From positions 32,001 through 96,000 of the forward strand of contig JBNKHE010000004.1 of assembly GCA_050290185.1 (NCBI GenBank): a stretch of 64,000 nt of DNA, given 5' to 3'. Under the pieces are notes generated by a model. That model did not search any database. It was not told where the DNA came from and worked only from the letters and a program-made list of their open reading frames with translations. The stretch comes from Pontiella sp. (GTDB taxonomy: Bacteria > Verrucomicrobiota > Kiritimatiellia > Kiritimatiellales > Pontiellaceae). This document shows positions 7,537 to 17,234 of the stretch, piece after piece. The position numbers and the translations under genes were made by a program. Positions within the stretch are counted from its first letter, which is position 1. Each line of letters begins with the position of its first letter.

Positions 7537-9867
7537 TTATTGCGCTTCGAGGCGGAAGAATTCCGCGTTGTATGCCCCGGCCGCCACGTTGGTCACGATG
7601 GTCAAACCATTGCCGTAAACGGTCGCATTCGTCGTCCAGGAACCGGATGCCAGATTCGGCTTGCTCAGAACGTGGTAGGTTATCCCGGACTCGGAAACCC
7701 ACATCAGGTTTGCGGTTCCCGCACCTACCCCGATCAGTTGGAGCACCGGTGCGACGGAAGGACCTGCTCCAAATCGGAGCTGCACCTTGTCGACATGCGC
7801 TTCTGTAATGCTGGTATCGTTGGTCGGACTGTTCCCATTCTCCTGGATCATCAAACCAAGCGTGGAGCCGATCGCCGGACTGCCGTTCGTAAACGTATAG
7901 GAGCCGGACCATTCACCGATCGCCCATGAGACATCGGGGACCGTCACTGCGGAATCAATGATGTTCGTGACGCCATCCACGGCATTGCTGTAGCACAGCG
8001 AAACGATAACGCCTGCGGGCCGGTCGGCAAGCACCCATTTGAAGTCGAACCGGTCGCCTTCCGCAATGACATGGTCCGTCAGGTTGACGATCTTCATATA
8101 CCTCTGCGTATTCAGATAACGCGTTCCCTCGGGCGAGGACGTGCCGTAGCGGGTGCTGGCTGTAGCGCCTGCCAGCTTTGTCCAGTTGTCGATCTGGGAG
8201 AAGTCGGAGACGGTGGTCGTATTGCTGGGACTGCCGTTCACCAGCTCGAAACCACCGTTTCGGATTCCGGGGGCAATCAGGTACTGGCCGGAATAGTAGT
8301 CCGGAATCGTTGTAAACGAAAAGTCCACGATGTTGGTCACGCCATCCGTGCGAATGACTTTGAGCTGAACCGTGTAATCCGTGTCGTAGGCCAGGGTGTT
8401 GGCATAGGTGAAGGTCGTGGTCCCGGTGGAGGGGACAGCTTTCGTAGCCGCTACCACGTTCGAGTTGACCAGCATTTCGTAGCTGCTAATCAGCGAGTTG
8501 AAATCCACCTGGATATCCGTAGCAGTCACCACAATGCCCGCATCCACGGCAACGTCGATTACGCCGTCGGACGGAGACGACGAGAAGATCACATCGTCAA
8601 CATCGTTTGTGGTAAGAAACTTAATTTCAGCCACGTTACCATACGCCGCCCCGTAGCAACGGAAGTAGCGGTATGCGGTAGAGCTTCCCGTATACACCCG
8701 GTTCCAGACAGTAGGAGGAGTCCCCGAAACAGTGGCCAGGGTATCCCAGCTGAAACCGTCAACAGAGCCTTGGAACTGGGCCCCATTCATCCGTGGCGCA
8801 TTGCCCGAACGCGGATAGAAATCGACCGCCGGACAGGCCCGTTCGTTGCCCGCTCCCACATCGATGCCAACCCAGGCACCACTCGAGGCGCCGTCGTAGG
8901 CCGTGTCCGGATTGCCGTCAAATACGGCTTCGGGAAGCGTATAGATGCTGTTTTGATACGTTCCTCCGCCATCGGATATGACGGAGAAGTTTGTCACGGT
9001 TCCGGACAGTTCCGTGGATCGATCGCCTTCACCGTTTTCATTCTCGCCCGCAATGGCGAAATAGTAGGTCGTTCCTTCCACCAGGTTGGTGACCCAGTAT
9101 TCCAGCGCATTCGTGGCCGCCACGGCGACATAGTTCGTACCCGAGGTTTCGGACTGGTAGACTGTGTAGTTCGTAGCTACAGCGGCCTCGTTCCAAAACA
9201 GCTTGGCGGTAGTGCCGTTCATCCAGATCTTCCGAACGGTCGGTGCCAGCGGAACCGCGGGTGGCTCTGCGACAAACCGAATCTCGGAGAATCCCGCTCT
9301 AGTGGAGTTGGGATCGAAGGTTTCGATCACCGTGTAGCGCACATCGGTAACGCCAGTAAGCGTGCTACCGAAGGAATACTCTTCGCCGGTGTAGCTTGAT
9401 GAACTCGATGCCTGGGTAAAGCTCATATCTCCGTAGAAAGTCCAGTTGGTCCCATTATCGGTGGAATACTCCACCGTGGCATCCGAGATACCGCGCTGAG
9501 CTTCGACGTAGGAATCCCCTGTCCAGACCTCGTTGTAATTCCAGAGATGGAATCCGGTCAGGTTATACGCGCCGCCAAGCGTGTAGGTGATCGACGCGAC
9601 GCCGCTCGGATCGCCATCGGTAGGGTTGGTACACCATGTACTTCCGGCACCGGTATCGTGGGATGGATAGACCGAAGGGATGGCATCACCGGTTTGCACG
9701 ATGGTGGCATCGGATAGGCCGGCCCCGTTTACCGAGTTAATCGCAGCGCGTTGGGCCGATGTGGCTACCGCACCGGTTGGGTCTACAATAATGTTGGTTT
9801 GGGCACTGGCACTGATGGCCAGCATCAGCGTAGCAAAACCGCCCGCTATCATCTTCATTGTTTTCAT
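7537..9867 (-). CDS. Secreted modular protein (discoidin-like N-domain, FN3, F5/8-type domain, C-terminal FFRL domain)
   Basis: Signal peptide MKTMK...ASA; YNLTGFHLWNYNE...SEIRF domain; FN3 LFWN...YTVY...NLVEGTTYYFAI; AVFDG...WVGID...YPRSG...GAQFQGS; ends EFFRLEAQ. Confidence 0.8.
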   Translation of the reverse strand: MKTMKMIAGGFATLMLAISASAQTNIIVDPTGAVATSAQRAAINSVNGAGLSDATIVQTGDAIPSVYPSHDTGAGSTWCTNPTDGDPSGVASITYTLGGAYNLTGFHLWNYNEVWTGDSYVEAQRGISDATVEYSTDNGTNWTFYGDMSFTQASSSSSYTGEEYSFGSTLTGVTDVRYTVIETFDPNSTRAGFSEIRFVAEPPAVPLAPTVRKIWMNGTTAKLFWNEAAVATNYTVYQSETSGTNYVAVAATNALEYWVTNLVEGTTYYFAIAGENENGEGDRSTELSGTVTNFSVISDGGGTYQNSIYTLPEAVFDGNPDTAYDGASSGAWVGIDVGAGNERACPAVDFYPRSGNAPRMNGAQFQGSVDGFSWDTLATVSGTPPTVWNRVYTGSSTAYRYFRCYGAAYGNVAEIKFLTTNDVDDVIFSSSPSDGVIDVAVDAGIVVTATDIQVDFNSLISSYEMLVNSNVVAATKAVPSTGTTTFTYANTLAYDTDYTVQLKVIRTDGVTNIVDFSFTTIPDYYSGQYLIAPGIRNGGFELVNGSPSNTTTVSDFSQIDNWTKLAGATASTRYGTSSPEGTRYLNTQRYMKIVNLTDHVIAEGDRFDFKWVLADRPAGVIVSLCYSNAVDGVTNIIDSAVTVPDVSWAIGEWSGSYTFTNGSPAIGSTLGLMIQENGNSPTNDTSITEAHVDKVQLRFGAGPSVAPVLQLIGVGAGTANLMWVSESGITYHVLSKPNLASGSWTTNATVYGNGLTIVTNVAAGAYNAEFFRLEAQ

Positions 9868-9999
9868 GCTTCCTCCGCTAATTGTCCTTATCGGACGTTC
9901 CCCTTTTCACGTCCTGCAATCCCGTACCGCAGGAGGTATCCTTTTCTTGGATTGTCGAGTTCTAGCATGCGGCAAGGAGTGGCGCGACCCGCATTCATA

Positions 10000-10097
10000 T
10001 TACCAAGTTTAGTTCGTTTGCTGATCGCGGATCTGCCAGATATAAACAATACGAAAAACATGGAGATCTACGAGCTTCCGACACCTAAACTTGGTAA
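10000..10097. promoter_or_regulatory. Two CTAAACTTGGTAA boxes in a divergent promoter region (candidate LacI-family operators)
   Basis: Exact 13-mer at 10000-10012 (minus) and 10085-10097 (plus); third exact copy at 15611-15623. Confidence 0.6.
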
Positions 10098-10186
10098 ATG
10101 AAGCCACGCTCAACAAAGCGGTAGAGCTAATGTTTAGATAGGGCATTTCGCGGAGGGTTTGAAATGGTCAAGCGAGGGGATTCACC

Positions 10187-13102
10187 ATGAGGAAATTGGC
10201 GTTCTTATTCATCGTCGTCGCGGGCATTGCCCATCCGGCAAAAGCGGCATTCACGCATCCGGGCATTCCGTTGACGACGAACGACCTGAATGCCGTCAAG
10301 GCCAAGGTCGAGGCCGGCGCATTCCCGTGGAAGCAGGGCTACGACGCACTGGCCGCTGACAGCCATTCACAACTCGACTACACCATGCAGGGGCCGTTCG
10401 CCGAGGTGGGCCGCAACGTAGATGGAACCGGATACAACCCGAACCGTTATGAGTGGATCAATGACATGACGGCGGTCTTCAACCTGTCGCGCATGTGGTA
10501 TTTCACCGGCAACACCAACTATGCCTCAAAAGCCCGCGACATCCTCGTGGCATGGGCGAATACGCAGACCAATTTCTACGGATACGAATCCAACCTCGAC
10601 CTCGGCGACCAGGCCTACCGCTATGCCGGCGGCGCGGACATCCTGCGCGGCACCTGGTCCGGCTGGACACAGGCCGATACGGAAGCGGTGTCGAACCTCT
10701 TCGCCACGGTCTACTGGAACGGAGCCTTCAACGATGGCGACGCCCTCGGCCCTGCCAACAAGGGGGCGCTGTCCATGGTGGCCGGCCTGTCCATCGCCAC
10801 CTTCTGCGACGACCAGCAACGGTTCGACCACTGCCTGCACCTGCTTCGCACTGCGGGACCGTCCGGGTTCCAGAACACGCTGCCCACCGGACAGATCGGC
10901 GAATCCCTGCGCGATCAGGGGCACGCCTACGGAGAATGGCTCTCCTTCGCGACCATGGCGGAAATCTTCTGGAAGCAGGGCATTGATGTCTACTCGGAAC
11001 TCGACAACCGACTGCTGGCGGTCGGGGAATACCACGCACGCTTCAACCTCGGACTTGAAACCCCGTACCTCCCCTATGGCACCACCGACCGCTATTATCT
11101 TTCCAACACCTACACCAACACCTGGCCGAATGGGCAACGGGGCTACAGCCTAATCCTGGGCGCCTATCAAACGCGCCTTGGCCTGAGTGCCCCCTACGTC
11201 GAAGAACGTCTGAACCAGCTTCCCGTGAATGCGGACAGTTTCACCTTTCTCAAGGCGTCCGACCACTCCACCGCATCGCCGCCGCCCGCCTCGTCGGTCC
11301 CGGTTCCAGTTCCGGTCAGCACGGGCTTGTCCAATGCCGATATCGGGGGTTCCACCCCGGCGGGAAGCGGTGTATACGGCAACGGTATCTGGACGGTAAA
11401 GGGAGCCGGGAGCACGATCTACACCGATGGTGCCGACAGCTTCCACTTTGTCTATCTGCCGGTTACCAACAATTGCTCCGTCGTTGCCAAGGTGTTGTCG
11501 CTGGACACCAACCTGCCGAACGCCAAGGCCGCGGTCATGATCCGCGAAACCCTCGATGCCGACACGACCAAGGCGTGGGTCGGCATCAAAGCCAACCACA
11601 GTGCGGAATTCTACATCAGCAGCGACTGGACCGCGTTGCGCGGCGGCTCGAACTATGCCAAGGGAAGCCGCACCATTCCGTCGTTTCCCTACTGGATCAA
11701 GGCCGAGCGCATTGATGACACGGTGGCCCTTTACATCTCGCCCGACGGAACCAGCTGGGCCTGCATCGGCAACGCGGTTTTCGGAAACATGGGCGACACG
11801 GCCTACATTGGACTGGCCGTTAGCTCGGGCAGCAACGGAGCCCTCAACACCTCGGCCTTCAGCCATGTACGCATGACCGGCGGCGATGGCGGCGGCGCGG
11901 TCACCGTTCCCGAGGCACCATACTATGCCCTGGCCACGCCGGACACGCAGAAAGCAATCCTGCGCTGGATCGAATCGGCCGATGCCGATAGCTACAACGT
12001 CAAGCGTTCCATCGTCTCCGGTGGGCCCTACACCACCGTGGCCACCGGCATCACCAACGCCAGCTATGTCGACACCGGCCTGCTGGGCGGAACGAACTAC
12101 TACTACGTGGTGTCCGCGGTAAACAGCGCCGGCGAAAGCGCCGACTCTCCCGAAGCCGCCACAACGCCCGAATCCATCCCCGATCCGAAACTGGCCGGAA
12201 CGGTCATTGGAACCACGGGGACATGGAGTGGCCTTCCGAACTATCGGGAAAACGCGCTGGACGGCGATATCGACACCGCCTTCGACTCCAACCTGAGCTA
12301 CGGCGGCTGGGTGGGCCTCGATCTCGGCGAGCCATATTTCATCAGCCGGATTCGCTACGTTCCGCGTGCCTCGCACCCGCAGCGCATGATTGGCGGCGTG
12401 TTCCAAGGTTCCAACAACGGCAGTTCCTGGACGACCTTGTTCACCGTGACCATCCAGCCGACCGTGGGCGTCTATACCGAACAAGCGATTGCGGATACCA
12501 ACACCTATCGCTACGTGCGCTACTACGGGCCGTCCGGCGGCAACTGCAACGTGGCTGAAATCGAGTTCTACGGCGGCCAGTACATCATTCCGGCCCCACC
12601 AACCGGACTGGTGCCCGCTAGCGGAGACCAACAGGTTTCCCTCTCGTGGAACCCCATTGCCGATGCGAGCAGCTACAAACTCAAGACATCGCTGAACAGC
12701 GGCGGTCCATTCAGCCTGATCGCCCACACCTCGAACACCAACTTCGTGGATCTGGGGCTAACCAACGGCACCACCTACCACTATGTCGTCAGTGCGGTCG
12801 GCAGCGGCGGAGACAGCAACAACTCCGCCGAGACCAACGCCATACCCTCCTCCTCAATCATTCCGGGCGAATACATCATTGCGGCGAATGCCGTCACGGC
12901 GGGAAACCATATCGAACTGACCCTCTCCAACTCCGTACCGGGTCATCGGTATCAGGTACTTGCCAGCGATTCGCTCACACCAACCGATTGGCAACCCACG
13001 GGCGTTTCGGAAGCCGGCAACGGAAGCAACGTGGTGCTGACGCTCCCGATTTCGGGCATGGATTCCAACCGCTTCTTCAAGCTCGATGTCCAGCGGCTAT
13101 AG
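10187..13102 (+). CDS. Secreted alginate-lyase-like (PF05426-type) domain protein with FN3 and F5/8 modules
   Basis: Signal peptide; FTHPGI...GQIGESLRDQGHA...DNRLLAVGEY; FN3 repeats (SYNVKRS...YYYVVSAVN); LDGD...WVGLDLG...YVPR; ends RFFKLDVQRL. Confidence 0.78.
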   Translation: MRKLAFLFIVVAGIAHPAKAAFTHPGIPLTTNDLNAVKAKVEAGAFPWKQGYDALAADSHSQLDYTMQGPFAEVGRNVDGTGYNPNRYEWINDMTAVFNLSRMWYFTGNTNYASKARDILVAWANTQTNFYGYESNLDLGDQAYRYAGGADILRGTWSGWTQADTEAVSNLFATVYWNGAFNDGDALGPANKGALSMVAGLSIATFCDDQQRFDHCLHLLRTAGPSGFQNTLPTGQIGESLRDQGHAYGEWLSFATMAEIFWKQGIDVYSELDNRLLAVGEYHARFNLGLETPYLPYGTTDRYYLSNTYTNTWPNGQRGYSLILGAYQTRLGLSAPYVEERLNQLPVNADSFTFLKASDHSTASPPPASSVPVPVPVSTGLSNADIGGSTPAGSGVYGNGIWTVKGAGSTIYTDGADSFHFVYLPVTNNCSVVAKVLSLDTNLPNAKAAVMIRETLDADTTKAWVGIKANHSAEFYISSDWTALRGGSNYAKGSRTIPSFPYWIKAERIDDTVALYISPDGTSWACIGNAVFGNMGDTAYIGLAVSSGSNGALNTSAFSHVRMTGGDGGGAVTVPEAPYYALATPDTQKAILRWIESADADSYNVKRSIVSGGPYTTVATGITNASYVDTGLLGGTNYYYVVSAVNSAGESADSPEAATTPESIPDPKLAGTVIGTTGTWSGLPNYRENALDGDIDTAFDSNLSYGGWVGLDLGEPYFISRIRYVPRASHPQRMIGGVFQGSNNGSSWTTLFTVTIQPTVGVYTEQAIADTNTYRYVRYYGPSGGNCNVAEIEFYGGQYIIPAPPTGLVPASGDQQVSLSWNPIADASSYKLKTSLNSGGPFSLIAHTSNTNFVDLGLTNGTTYHYVVSAVGSGGDSNNSAETNAIPSSSIIPGEYIIAANAVTAGNHIELTLSNSVPGHRYQVLASDSLTPTDWQPTGVSEAGNGSNVVLTLPISGMDSNRFFKLDVQRL

Positions 13103-13245
13103 GGAAAGCGCAGAACCTCCAAGGAATTGTTACGATCGCAACGTGTAGGGAGGGGTCTGCGGCCCCGCCGCCGCGATCATGGACCGAGTCTACATTGTTC
13201 TAAACCTAAATGCGGGTATAGGCCACGAATGGTTATGAAACCACT

Positions 13246-13381
13246 GGTGTAGAGAACGCTGAACCACGAAGTGGACAGCGTTGCCGCGCGCCACGGTCAA
13301 CGTTTGCCGTTTCACTGCCGTCGCGTTGCGCCAGCCTCACTTCGTGTCACTCGCTGCACTCGCGTAAACGTTCTCTACACC
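13246..13381. repeat. 136-bp nested inverted-repeat element between convergent genes
   Basis: Outer 13-bp IR GGTGTAGAGAACG/CGTTCTCTACACC; inner CACGAAGTG/CACTTCGTG; 13307-13350 resembles 7216-7260 and 36439-36481. Confidence 0.7.
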
Positions 13382-13403
13382 CGGGGCTCTGGCCCACGAG
13401 TGA

Positions 13404-15560
13404 TCATAACCGCGACGGCATCATGGAACCATCGATCCAGGTACCGCCTACCTGGATTTTGCTTTGTATCCGAGGGCTCTCCCTGCGAGGATCATTCATG
13501 TGGGAAATCAGGGAAAAAATGCCCATGCGTCCGACCTCCCTGGAGTTGTGGTCGATCCCGGCATCAATAGGTGTATCGAACATCGTGGTCGTGGCCAATG
13601 CGATCTCGTCGGGAACACGGATTCCCAACTCCTCCAGCATCGCGGGCAATTCGCCATTGTCGGTAATAATGGCATCCGGCCTTTCCTTCTGGATCCATGC
13701 CGCCAGCTTTTTCCGGTGCTGGGCCGGATTTTTAAGCGGCAGAAAAAACTCGGGGATCTGGACGGATTGCATGCGTTGAGCCCAGTAAAAACCCGCGCCC
13801 AAGGTTCTCTGTATAGCGCGATCGCCGACAAATGCTATTCGCCTATACCCTCTGTTCAGCATGTTTTGCAGCGCCAATACACCGTTGGCCATATCATCGC
13901 AGGTCACCGTATAGGGCAGATCAACGGGATACGAAACCCCGAGTCGAACCGTAACGTAGTCCTGCCATGGAAAGCCATCCAGATCGTCCGCCACCGGCAC
14001 GGAACAGGGAGGGACGAGTATGCCCCGGATGTTGCGGGTCTTGAATATCCTGTCGAGCCGTTGCAGGGGAATGTCCTTCGCGGCAAACTTCTCGAGGTGA
14101 TAGCCATGCCGTCGTGCGCCATCGACAGCTCCCTCCCAGTATTGTTGAAATTCTCGGTAGGAATACAACTTTTCAGGATCCGCCCACAAATTCAGCCAGG
14201 CCAGTTCGCCATGGACTGGATTTTCCTGGGTAATCCGGCATTGCTGTCCCATGGCCACAAGCATGGGATCGGGCACATACCCCATCGCCTCCGCCTTCTT
14301 CTGGATGCGCTTGCGCATGGCCTCGGAAATTTGCGGACGGTCGCGCATGGCCAGCGAAACCGTCACGTGCGACACCCCGACCTCCCTGGCGATATCCCGA
14401 TAGGTTACGCGCTTGCCGGAAGTGCCCTTCTTCGTTTTTTGCGATTTCAGCTTGGGCCGCCCCTTGGGCACGGTCCAGTTGCCCTGCCTCTCCGGCCCGC
14501 GCCTTCCGGTCCGGTCCGGCAACATGTCGCCATCGACCCATTGCCCCGTGACCACGCTCTGCTTGCAGATTTTTGAAATACCCCGCCCTACCTCGTTCAA
14601 CAAGAAAATCAGGATCAGCGCGGCAATCCGTCCGATTTCCTCGGGGTGTTGGTCAATGCCGGCATCGATGGGCGTATCGTACACTGATGTAGTCGCCAAG
14701 GCGATGTCTTCAGGAACACGGTAGCCCAGATCCATCAGGTTTTTCCGCAGGGGGACGAGATTCGTGATGATCGCGTCCGGGCGTTCCTTTTCGAGCCAGC
14801 TCTTCAAGGCGGGGAGATGCTCTTTGGTTTCCACGGGATGAACCAACAGCAACGGCACCCGCATGGATTTGGGAATCTCCTTCTGCGCCCAAAACACCCC
14901 GGCGCCGAAGGGGAGTTTCTGATCCTTCTCCGTAACAAAACCGATCCGCCGATATCCCCGCTCCCGCACCCTCTCGAACGCCAGGATGCCGTTGCCCACC
15001 TGGTCGGCCGTCACCGAATGCATGAACGGCTTCTCCGACTCCAGGCCAAAGCGGACCATCGCGAATTCATTGACAGGAAACCGCGTCATGTCCAGAACCG
15101 GTTTCGAACTCTGCATTACCAGAAGACCCTGAACATTCCGTTCCCTCAACCTAGCTAGCAGTTGGTCCATCGACAGCCCCCTGGCAACTACCTCCTCGAA
15201 GGCATAGCCCAGCTTGGCCGCGGCTTCGGCCGCCCCCTTGTAGTACAAAGCGAGTTCACCAAACTCATACAACTCATCGGGATCCTGCCACAGGTTGAGC
15301 CATGCCAGCCGGATCGGTGGCCGTTCGGAATTATCGACCCGGCTGTAATCCGAAAGCGCCGCCATTTTCCCATCGCGCACATAGCCCATCTCCTGCGCTT
15401 TCTGCCGGATACGCCTGCCCAGCTCTTCCGAAACCATCGAACTGCCACGCATCCCATGGGATACCGAAGCGAGCGAAACGCCCAGTGCATCGGCAACTTC
15501 CCGCAAGGTAACCCTGCGACCGACCCCGGCATGTTTCCCATTCCCCTCTCGATTTCCCAT
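13404..15560 (-). CDS. Tandem (double) LacI-family transcriptional regulator
   Basis: Two HTHs (VTLREVADALGVSLASVS; VTYRDIAREVGVSHVTVSLA), each followed by a ligand-binding domain (LAWLNLW.DP..LY...ERPDAIIT...DTPIDAGID); likely ATG 15560. Confidence 0.9.
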   Translation of the reverse strand: MGNREGNGKHAGVGRRVTLREVADALGVSLASVSHGMRGSSMVSEELGRRIRQKAQEMGYVRDGKMAALSDYSRVDNSERPPIRLAWLNLWQDPDELYEFGELALYYKGAAEAAAKLGYAFEEVVARGLSMDQLLARLRERNVQGLLVMQSSKPVLDMTRFPVNEFAMVRFGLESEKPFMHSVTADQVGNGILAFERVRERGYRRIGFVTEKDQKLPFGAGVFWAQKEIPKSMRVPLLLVHPVETKEHLPALKSWLEKERPDAIITNLVPLRKNLMDLGYRVPEDIALATTSVYDTPIDAGIDQHPEEIGRIAALILIFLLNEVGRGISKICKQSVVTGQWVDGDMLPDRTGRRGPERQGNWTVPKGRPKLKSQKTKKGTSGKRVTYRDIAREVGVSHVTVSLAMRDRPQISEAMRKRIQKKAEAMGYVPDPMLVAMGQQCRITQENPVHGELAWLNLWADPEKLYSYREFQQYWEGAVDGARRHGYHLEKFAAKDIPLQRLDRIFKTRNIRGILVPPCSVPVADDLDGFPWQDYVTVRLGVSYPVDLPYTVTCDDMANGVLALQNMLNRGYRRIAFVGDRAIQRTLGAGFYWAQRMQSVQIPEFFLPLKNPAQHRKKLAAWIQKERPDAIITDNGELPAMLEELGIRVPDEIALATTTMFDTPIDAGIDHNSREVGRMGIFSLISHMNDPRRESPRIQSKIQVGGTWIDGSMMPSRL

Positions 15561-15610
15561 AGACAACCCCCAAGCCCCTGAATAGGAAAAAACCCAGGCC
15601 GACGCAACAA

Positions 15611-15687
15611 CTAAACTTGGTAAATCCAAAGTTGATGGACGCTGGTGAACCAACGGAGTAGAAATCGACAATTCCTAGCTTAGGAAT
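15611..15687. promoter_or_regulatory. Candidate operators between the divergent LacI and PEP-CTERM genes
   Basis: CTAAACTTGGTAA at 15611-15623; perfect IR ATTCCTA-GCT-TAGGAAT at 15671-15687. Confidence 0.55.
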
Positions 15688-15745
15688 CTCGTTGGGGAAT
15701 GGTCCATGACGGGTTGAAGAGGTGAAACAGATGGAAAGGAAAAAC

Positions 15746-16408
15746 ATGAAAATGAAAGCAGTATTAACGGTCGGGCTGCTCGCGACTCTGGCTCAGTATG
15801 CCAGTGCCAGCGTCATCGTCCAACCGATCAGCGCGACCAGCCCGAACCTAGCGGCTCGACCTATCGAAAGCTCGTACGACGGATCCGGGTTGACCGACAC
15901 TACCATTGTCGAGACCGGTGACGCGATTCCTGTCTCCTATCCCGGGCATGACAAGGACAATGCCGCCAGCGAGTGGCAGACGAGTGCCCAGGCCAATACT
16001 GTACAAATTACCTTTGATTTGGGCGGTCCATACGACATCACAGGCATCCACCTCTGGAATTGCAACGAATACTGGTCCGGTGGAGGAGATGAAACGGATA
16101 AGGGGATTCGGGATGCGACCGTATCGTTCTCGACGGACAACGGAATAAACTGGACCTCGCTGGGCACCATGACCTTTACACGCGGCGTCGCCAACGACGC
16201 CTACGCGGGCGAGGATTACGCGGCTGTTATGAACGGCGCAACGCAAGTCCGTTTCGATGTACAGAGCAACTGGTCTGCCGATGGCCAAAGCGGCCAAACC
16301 GGCATTTCGGAAATCCGTTTCGTTGCCATTCCGGAACCCGCCACGCTGGGTTTGATCGGTGTATTCGGAGTCGGCACGATCTTCATCCGCCGCCGTCTAA
16401 TGATGTAG
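15746..16408 (+). CDS. PEP-CTERM protein with discoidin-like domain
   Basis: Signal peptide; C-terminal IPEPATLGLIGVFGVGTIFIRRR; GAAAGG RBS before ATG 15746. Confidence 0.9.
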   Translation: MKMKAVLTVGLLATLAQYASASVIVQPISATSPNLAARPIESSYDGSGLTDTTIVETGDAIPVSYPGHDKDNAASEWQTSAQANTVQITFDLGGPYDITGIHLWNCNEYWSGGGDETDKGIRDATVSFSTDNGINWTSLGTMTFTRGVANDAYAGEDYAAVMNGATQVRFDVQSNWSADGQSGQTGISEIRFVAIPEPATLGLIGVFGVGTIFIRRRLMM

Positions 16409-16554
16409 GACCTGCCGAAAAAAGAATGCTTAAGCGTTCCGAAGCGCCGCGGTGGACAAACCTGCCCATCGCGGCTTCTTAACGAAAGTCGAATCCGTAC
16501 ATAGCGTCACAAAAACCAGACCGTATCATGACCTATCAGGAATTCAGAACAGGG

Positions 16555-16840
16555 GCAGTTCTATGAAACGATGTTTTCTTCGTCATCCAATCACCCCTGT
16601 AGCTTACCAACAGCAAACTCTTGAATAGTTTTGAGACCTTACCCACTTGCCTAAGATGAAACAAAGCAATTCCTACAGAACGAATGTGAGGGAATGGCCG
16701 CTCCATAAGTCGCTTCTCTTAGACCATGCTAAAAGCACTTTCACTGTAGCTCAGGTCCCCATATGAATAAGGATCAGTCGGTTTTAAAACGAGTATCCCC
16801 TCCTCCGTGATGCTCAGTGACCTCTGTGGTGAACTCTTTT
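16555..16840. repeat. Dispersed intergenic scaffold, copy 3 (interrupted)
   Basis: 16561-16675 matches copies 1/2/4; 16770-16840 matches the AGGATCA.TCGGTT..AAAACGAG...CTCTGTGGTGAAC tail. Confidence 0.8.
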
Positions 16841-17234
16841 TTTACTGAGGGGCTCGAGAACAAAGCAGCGCCTGCATTTACTGTAGAGGGTTTCTCACAC
16901 AAAGCCACAAAGGCTGTATTGTTTCCTGGGATCTCCGCGCCTTTGCGTCTTGGCGCGAGGATATGACAGTTCAATTGAGAACTCCCGTCCTGCCGACCGG
17001 CAACAGTGACAAAGACAGGATTATTGGGTGACAAGATCATTCCATTCATGGTTGTAAAATCATCCTGCCATTCAATCATTCTGTCCTAACCATTCACACC
17101 GGCTGGTTGGTTCGTGTGTTTTGTCCAACGAGTCGTACTTGCTTCCAATGGTGTGATTCATCTCGGTTTTAGGTTATAGGCTCAGGTCATAGGACCGCCC
17201 CCTGCCAGGTTCACTCGCCCCTTGCCTGCGGGTT

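Noticed and set aside
16774..17100. 101-aa ORF 16774..17079 and other short ORFs within scaffold copies
   Set aside because: They are made of REP-like low-complexity motifs (CACAGAG/CTCTGTG, CGCAAAGGCGC), and the frames are not conserved between repeat copies.
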